DNA of 63,776 nucleotides, the filler included. It is 7 parts of 7 records of this genome, joined end to end, with 100 filler letters (N's around TTAATTAATTAA, not from the genome) between each part and the next. Parts side by side here need not be neighbours in the genome. Positions count along the whole stretch, not along the records: positions 51,005 to 60,249 come from SRR20825010_3927; positions 60,350 to 63,776 come from SRR20825010_3996; 5 more parts are not named here. One strand, given 5' to 3'. Positions 58,397 through 63,776 of the stretch are shown here, piece after piece. The notes beneath the pieces are model-generated. The model was not told where the DNA came from, made no database searches, and saw only the letters and a program-made list of their open reading frames with translations. The position numbers were made by a program, and so were the translations under genes. Within the stretch, counting starts at the first letter, position 1; each line of letters opens with the position of its first letter.

Positions 58397-58587
58397 GTTG
58401 TCTCTTCGAGTCCACGCGCAATCGTGGACTCTGGCTCCTTGTCAGCCCATTAAACCTTGCCGGGCAACCTGCGATCAATGCACAACCGTGCAACAAACGC
58501 ACCAAAACAAGCACGAAACCAATGAAACCGTCGGTATGACTTGTCATCGGCTTCGCATAAAATGACCTCTTCATGTAAGGAGGGGCC

Positions 58588-59241
58588 ATGACGCTCGCGA
58601 TTTTCGACCTGGACAACACCCTGATCGGCTGCGATTCCGACCACCTGTGGGGAGACTGGCTGGTAGAGAAAGGTATTGTTGACCAGCAGCTCTACAAGGA
58701 AACCAACGACCAGTTTTACGTGGATTACCAGAATGGCCGCCTGGACATCATGGCCTACCTGCGTTTTTCCCTGAAAGTGCTGGCTGATAACGACATGGCC
58801 CAGCTGCATTTCTGGCGTGAACAGTTCCTGGCAGAAAAGCTCGACAGCATGTGGCTGCCCAAGGCCGAAGCCTTGCTGCAAAAGCACCGTGACCAGGGCC
58901 ACACCCTGATGATCATTACCGCCACCAATGACTTTGTGACCGCACCCCTGGCGGATCGCCTTGGCGTGGATCACCTGATTGCCACCGTCGCAGAGTGCCG
59001 CCGCGAGCGCTATACCGGCGACGTAGCGGGTACGCCCAGCTACCGCGAAGGCAAAGTGGAGCGGCTCGCCGAGTGGCTCAGCGCCAACAACGAAACCCTG
59101 GAGAACAGCTGGTTCTACAGCGACTCCCACAACGATCTGCCGCTGCTGCGCAAAGTCGACAATCCGGTGGCCGTGGACCCGGACAGTGCCCTTGAGCGCG
59201 AAGCCCGAGAGCAAGGCTGGCCCGTGATCAGCCTGCGCTAA
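58588..59241 (+). CDS. HAD-IB hydrolase (SerB-like; possible histidinol phosphatase)
   Basis: FDLDNTL, ITAT, GK and YSDSHNDLPLL motifs. Confidence 0.9.
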   Translation: MTLAIFDLDNTLIGCDSDHLWGDWLVEKGIVDQQLYKETNDQFYVDYQNGRLDIMAYLRFSLKVLADNDMAQLHFWREQFLAEKLDSMWLPKAEALLQKHRDQGHTLMIITATNDFVTAPLADRLGVDHLIATVAECRRERYTGDVAGTPSYREGKVERLAEWLSANNETLENSWFYSDSHNDLPLLRKVDNPVAVDPDSALEREAREQGWPVISLR

Positions 59242-59253
59242 CCGGAATTGTTT

Positions 59254-60231
59254 ATGCGTTTTTTCCTTATGGCATTACTGGCAGGCCTGCTACTGGCCTG
59301 CGACAACGGCAGCAAAGACGACACAGAGTCGGCCCCCGGGCCTGCCAGCGCCCACACCCTGACAGACATTCCCGCCGCAGAGTGGCAGCAGCAGGCCGAC
59401 GAACGTTTCACGGCCGCCGCAACAGCATGGCAACAGGCCCTGACCCGGTTCGAGCAAAGCCCCAATGCCGATAATCTGGCAGCACTACGCGACGCCCTCA
59501 GTCAGTGGTACCAGCGTTTTGCCAGCCAGTACCTGCTACTGGCCAGCCGCGCCTGCCAGCAGGACGGAAGCGCCAACCGGCAGGCGATTCTGGCCCGGCT
59601 GGATAGCTGGCCGCTGTATCCCGGCTACCTGGATGCCCTGCCCGAATGGCCGGAATCCGGCCTGATCAGTGACCCGTATCTGGAATTGACCCGCCAGAAC
59701 CTGCGACGCCAGCATGGCGCCACCGACCCGGCGGAAGCCAGCCTCGGTTTTGCCGCCCTGGCCGTGGCCCTTGACGGCACCACCGGCAGCCCCAAAGCGC
59801 TGACCGCATTCAGCGGTGAAGAAGGCCCCCCGGCCCGGCGTCGCCAGTACCTGAAACTGGCGGGTGAACAGCTGGTGGCAGATCAGCAGCAGCTATCATT
59901 GAATCGCCCGCTGAACGAACTGGCACTGCAATGCGGCCTGATGGAAACCCTTGCTCACTGGCAGCAGCTGCAAGACCCGGCCAGTGAGCAGGAGGACGGA
60001 TTGCTGATCCCTGCGCTGAGCACCTCCATCAATGAAACCGGCCTGCTCAACGCCGTACAGACCATGGACCCTGCGGTCCTCGCCCGCTGGGACCAGATCA
60101 ACCCCGGCATTGCCGGCTCAATCAAACAAAGCGAAGAGAAAGGCTGGGCGCCCATTAAGGCCTGGCTCACCACAGTGAGCATCACTCGCCAGATGCCGGG
60201 CTCCACTGAAAGAGACACAAGGTCGGATTAG
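59254..60231 (+). CDS. Lipoprotein with an imelysin-like fold
   Basis: Lipobox LLAC; LDSWPLYPGYLD motif; helical character. Confidence 0.6.
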   Translation: MRFFLMALLAGLLLACDNGSKDDTESAPGPASAHTLTDIPAAEWQQQADERFTAAATAWQQALTRFEQSPNADNLAALRDALSQWYQRFASQYLLLASRACQQDGSANRQAILARLDSWPLYPGYLDALPEWPESGLISDPYLELTRQNLRRQHGATDPAEASLGFAALAVALDGTTGSPKALTAFSGEEGPPARRRQYLKLAGEQLVADQQQLSLNRPLNELALQCGLMETLAHWQQLQDPASEQEDGLLIPALSTSINETGLLNAVQTMDPAVLARWDQINPGIAGSIKQSEEKGWAPIKAWLTTVSITRQMPGSTERDTRSD

Positions 60232-60249
60232 CCTGAAAGGCGTAATCCG
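60220..60249. repeat. REP-like palindrome at the contig end
   Basis: AGGTCGGATTAGCC-TGAAA-GGCGTAATCCG hairpin; supplies the stop codon of the upstream ORF. Confidence 0.6.
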
Positions 60250-60349
60250 NNNNNNNNNNNNNNNNNNNNNNNNNNNNNNNNNNNNNNNNNNNNTTAATTA
60301 ATTAANNNNNNNNNNNNNNNNNNNNNNNNNNNNNNNNNNNNNNNNNNNN
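60250..60349. other. Artificial contig linker
   Basis: N-run, TTAATTAATTAA, N-run. Confidence 0.98.
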
Positions 60350-60770
60350 CCCCAAGATGGGCAACAAGCGCCATTACGCTGACTTCGAAAGCGCCCTGTC
60401 ACGGTTCCGCCTGATGCCCGAACAGACCTGCGAGAACATTTTTCTGGTGGAACACATCGGTCGCCGGTCGATCAAGCAGGAGCGCGAAGGCTGGACCTGG
60501 AAATTCGACGGCAATTCAATGCAGAACCGTCGCTTTGACGAACCGTTTCACGAATACATGGCTGGCATGACAGGCCGCCGCGCTTTCGTCTACGGGGAAG
60601 ACAGCAAGCTGGTCCGCCCCGAAAATGTCAAATGGATCAAAACCCTGCTTGGTCCGACCGCCCCGGTTATCGGCATTCCGAAGGCCCAGCATCACCTGAT
60701 CATCGACCAGCCGCTGGCGTTCGTCAGCACCGTCAGGGCGATACTTGGCGGATGGCTTGCAGGCGACTGA
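60350..60770 (+). CDS. Alpha/beta hydrolase, 3' fragment
   Basis: GWTWKFD, YGEDS and IPKAQHHLIIDQPLAF; 5' end cut by the contig edge. Confidence 0.8.
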
Positions 60771-60895
60771 GAACACCTGTTCTGAATTGAGTTAGCGGCT
60801 TTTCTGGATTTATCTGTCGGTCAGACGGGGACTGGTTTCGTACCCTGGCTGCATTTTCCCTCTGCGCACGAAATGCGCTCAGAAGGAGAACAAAG

Positions 60896-63776
60896 ATGAA
60901 TGAGAAGAGTTTTGCAGAGCTTTTTGCTCTCGTGCATGACGCAACGACGGGCAATGTGCCGTCAGTTCAGCAGGATCAGGTCCACAAGACCATGAGTGAT
61001 CTGATCAGCGCCTCCCCCGCCACCACCGACCCGATCATGCTGCTCGGGTATCTGGCGGCAGGCGATGGCGGCGGCGGCGTCTTCATCCACGACAGCGGCA
61101 AGGCAAAGGCCGACCATGATGGCGGCCATGTCGTTGATCCGGGCCGGGCATTCACATCCCACGCTGATTTCCTGGTCGTCAGTTCGACGGTCGGAACCGG
61201 GTGCTGGGTACGCCAGACCAGAATCTGGACACCGGAGATGTGGGGAGCCACGGGCGATGGCACCACCAACGACAGCGATGCCTGGAACGCGTTTTCCGGC
61301 TTCCTGGCCCGGAATGGCGGCAGGGGCGAGCTGTCAGGTCACTATCTGGTCCCCGACGCGGATGAGGCCGAGATCAACACGACCAGCGCTGTCGAGATCG
61401 AGGGGCTTTCCGAAACGGCCCTGATCGACGGCCATACGGATGGCACCAGGTTGTTCGAACTGACGATGGGTGGTCTCAGCCTGCGTAACGTCCGCCTGCG
61501 GAACACGACGCTGTTCCTCACGGACAAGGTATCCACGCAGGATTTCGATCACGTCATTCTGGAAAATGTCTCTTTCGACAACTCGACCGCCGACGTGCAT
61601 TCCGCTGCGCTGCGCCTCAGGAAATCTGGTGAGACAGTCCCTGTGCTGGGCCTGTTCCGCGCGGTCAACGTACGGATCGAAGGCGGATTGGGCGGCATCG
61701 AGATCGAGTCCGCCATCGAACGGTTTCACGTCGACGATTACGTCTGCCGCAACATCAGCGTCCCGGATGAACCGGCCCATTTCAACGGCGGCAACATGCG
61801 CAACCTTGGTTACGCAAGCGGTCTCAGCCTCGGGTTCGACGCCCCCGAATTCGTCGAACTGACCAGGCATGGCCATATCGGCGCAGTCTTCATCGAGGGT
61901 GTTCAGGATGATCGGGAGCAGGAAGCGGGCGGTGATATCGCCAATGTCGATGGCGTGCGGATTCATGCCTTCGATGTGAAATTCGACTCGATCCATGTGC
62001 GGGACGTGAACAGTTTCAGCAAGGTGGATTGCACCGCACTGTATCTCAAGGCTCACCGTTGCCGCGGCGACCGTTTCACCGCAATCGACGCAGGTTTCCA
62101 TGAAGGCATGCTGACACTGAAGGGTGATCGACGGATTGCTGTCGAGAGCAAGAGCCCCGGCTTCAATGTCTCGATCAATGATGTTCAGCTGATCGGCACG
62201 CAGGAAGGATTCTCCGGCCGGGCCGGTGTCTTCTGTGGCGTCGATGACATCCATATCGGTCGATTGTATATGGAGAACGTCGGTGGCCAAGTCGAAGACC
62301 CCTATGATGCCGGATCCAGACTCACCGGACACGGGGCGCTGTTCCACACCGCAGAGACCGACAGCACCGCAAAGAAGCGTCTCCACATCGGGACGATCGA
62401 AGCGGTCGACTGCACCCTCGACAACGCCAATGGCCTGAGTATCCGCGCAGTCGAGCTTCAGGGTTACGCGGAGATGACGGTTGACCGGATCATTCTCGAC
62501 GGCATGTCCCAGGGCGGCGGTTTCACCGGTGTCGATGGCCGCATGGTCCTCGTCGGGATCGGTGGCAATATTGCGTTCGACCATTGCGAGATTGGCGCGA
62601 TCCTGGAGCGCAACTCCAGCTTCAGCAGCACCAGCCCGACGCTGGTTCAGATTGAAGTCGATGCTGCATCATCAGGAAATGTGATCATTCGCAACGCCTT
62701 CGTTACCTCCGATCAGATTGGAATTGGTATCGAAACGGCAGGCGACAATGCGATTGATGTGCTCGACTTGCGGGGCGGCAACCTGGAAGCGGCCACGTCA
62801 TCGCGGCTCAACACCAGTCCGCAAGTACCGGATGTCATTCGCGTCAATGGTGTCAAAGGCCTTGCTGACCTGCCCGCACGCGATGAGAACGATCCGACCG
62901 TATCCTCATTCACCGGCGACGGCTCGGAGACCGACTTTGCACTCTCCGCAGAACCAGTCAGCGAAGCGGCGATACTGGTGCTTGTGGATGGTGTGGCACA
63001 ACATCAGCCAGATTATTCACTGGACGGAACCACGCTCGAATTCGCTTCAGCACCAGTCAATGGTGCAGCAATCGAAGTGCGTGATCTCTCACTGACCGCA
63101 ATTGCGGACGCGGAGGCGGTGGCCACGGTCGCCAACATCGCGACCGAGGTGCAGACTGTCGCCGGACTCTCCACAGAAATTGCCGCCGTGGCAGCTGATG
63201 CGGCCGATATTGGCGTCGTCGGCGCCGCAATTGCAGATGCTTCGGCCGTGGCAGCAGATATCGCTGACGTATCGACGGCGGCAGACAATCTGGCGGCAAT
63301 CCAGGCGGCCCCAGCCGCCGCAACCAGCGCCGCCAGCAGCGCAAGTGCAGCGGCAACAAGCGCCAGCACCGCCGAGGATGCCGCAGAAGACGCTGCAACA
63401 GCAGCGTTGACCGCCGCAACCATCGTGACTGCACAAGCCCGGTTCCACAACCGGTTCGGCAAGCTGCCCCTTGCTGTTCTGGGGCTGGACCTCGGCGAAG
63501 CGAGCCTGGTCGATCTGGAGCGTGACAGCATTGGAACGCGCATCACACCCGGTGGCGGGCCGGGAACGATCAGCGTTGATACCGTTCGCCTGACACATGA
63601 TCCGGAAACAGGGGAACCCTTGGGCCTGTTGCTGGAACCCGCGAGCACCAATCTGGTTCAGAACAGCGAAGACCTGACCCCTGTAAGTCCCTGGGTCCTA
63701 GGCAGCAATCTGACACAGGTCACGGGGATCGCTGACCCGTTTGGAACCAACAAGGCGATAAGACTGACCGCCACAG
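60896..63776 (+). CDS. Large tailspike/tail-fibre-like protein (>=960 aa, runs off the window; absent from the ORF track)
   Basis: AAGGAG RBS and ATG 60896; no in-frame stop found by hand translation; motifs GYLAAGDGGGGVF, TPEMWGATGDGTTND, a beta-helix-like region, FTGDGSETDFAL, an Ala-rich stalk and GLLLEPASTNLV. Confidence 0.85.
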   Translation, partial: MNEKSFAELFALVHDATTGNVPSVQQDQVHKTMSDLISASPATTDPIMLLGYLAAGDGGGGVFIHDSGKAKADHDGGHVVDPGRAFTSHADFLVVSSTVGTGCWVRQTRIWTPEMWGATGDGTTNDSDAWNAFSGFLARNGGRGELSGHYLVPDADEAEINTTSAVEIEGLSETALIDGHTDGTRLFELTMGGLSLRNVRLRNTTLFLTDKVSTQDFDHVILENVSFDNSTADVHSAALRLRKSGETVPVLGLFRAVNVRIEGGLGGIEIESAIERFHVDDYVCRNISVPDEPAHFNGGNMRNLGYASGLSLGFDAPEFVELTRHGHIGAVFIEGVQDDREQEAGGDIANVDGVRIHAFDVKFDSIHVRDVNSFSKVDCTALYLKAHRCRGDRFTAIDAGFHEGMLTLKGDRRIAVESKSPGFNVSINDVQLIGTQEGFSGRAGVFCGVDDIHIGRLYMENVGGQVEDPYDAGSRLTGHGALFHTAETDSTAKKRLHIGTIEAVDCTLDNANGLSIRAVELQGYAEMTVDRIILDGMSQGGGFTGVDGRMVLVGIGGNIAFDHCEIGAILERNSSFSSTSPTLVQIEVDAASSGNVIIRNAFVTSDQIGIGIETAGDNAIDVLDLRGGNLEAATSSRLNTSPQVPDVIRVNGVKGLADLPARDENDPTVSSFTGDGSETDFALSAEPVSEAAILVLVDGVAQHQPDYSLDGTTLEFASAPVNGAAIEVRDLSLTAIADAEAVATVANIATEVQTVAGLSTEIAAVAADAADIGVVGAAIADASAVAADIADVSTAADNLAAIQAAPAAATSAASSASAAATSASTAEDAAEDAATAALTAATIVTAQARFHNRFGKLPLAVLGLDLGEASLVDLERDSIGTRITPGGGPGTISVDTVRLTHDPETGEPLGLLLEPASTNLVQNSEDLTPVSPWVLGSNLTQVTGIADPFGTNKAIRLTAT

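Noticed and set aside
58479..58492. TGCAC-AACC-GTGCA palindrome upstream of rppH-ptsP as an NtrC site
   Set aside because: The spacer is shorter than the NtrC GCAC-N7-GTGC consensus; the site cannot be assigned.
26813..60349. Six regularly recurring TTAATTAATTAA motifs in N-runs, and any gene neighbourhoods or ORFs that span them
   Set aside because: These are artificial linkers. The flanking contigs differ in composition and apparent taxon, so cross-linker associations (for example HipBA with the prophage) are meaningless.
61334..62584. 416-aa minus-strand ORF and other short ORFs listed in 60962-63651
   Set aside because: Shadows of the long plus-strand ORF from 60896, which has an RBS and recognisable motifs.
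63100..63420. GCC/GCA-rich quasi-repeats
   Set aside because: They encode an Ala-rich stalk; not a CRISPR array or DNA-level tandem repeat.

Overview
This window is not one locus. It is seven unrelated contigs joined by 100-nt N/TTAATTAATTAA/N linkers. (1) 1-26812, gammaproteobacterial (Alcanivorax-like by inference): aa3 cytochrome c oxidase genes and their biogenesis genes, rapA, several small genes, and a guanidine carboxylase operon carrying both a guanidine-I and a guanidine-II riboswitch. (2) 26913-37052: the end of ilvD, a Liv-type ABC transporter, then a probable genomic-island edge with HipBA and two uncharacterised divergent DNA-binding proteins, cut by an IS end. (3) 37153-40842, Rhizobiales-like: der, YfgM-like, NnrU, DksA/TraR and a polysaccharide deacetylase. 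(4) 40943-44937: a decayed IS3, a moron-like membrane protein and a lambdoid cI/cro/cII switch. (5) 45038-50904, Phycisphaerales-like: a GC-type dockerin protein, two PEP-CTERM-type proteins, a rhodanese and a glutamate dehydrogenase. (6) 51005-60249: the thyA-lgt-ptsP-rppH region. (7) 60350-63776: the end of a hydrolase, then a >=960-aa chimeric tailspike/fibre-like ORF that the ORF track misses. The best leads are that chimeric protein, the island's RHH plus double-wHTH pair with phased operator repeats, the dual-riboswitch guanidine operon, and two candidate sRNAs in the cox region. No rRNA, tRNA or CRISPR array was seen. All family and taxon assignments come from motif recognition, not database searches.
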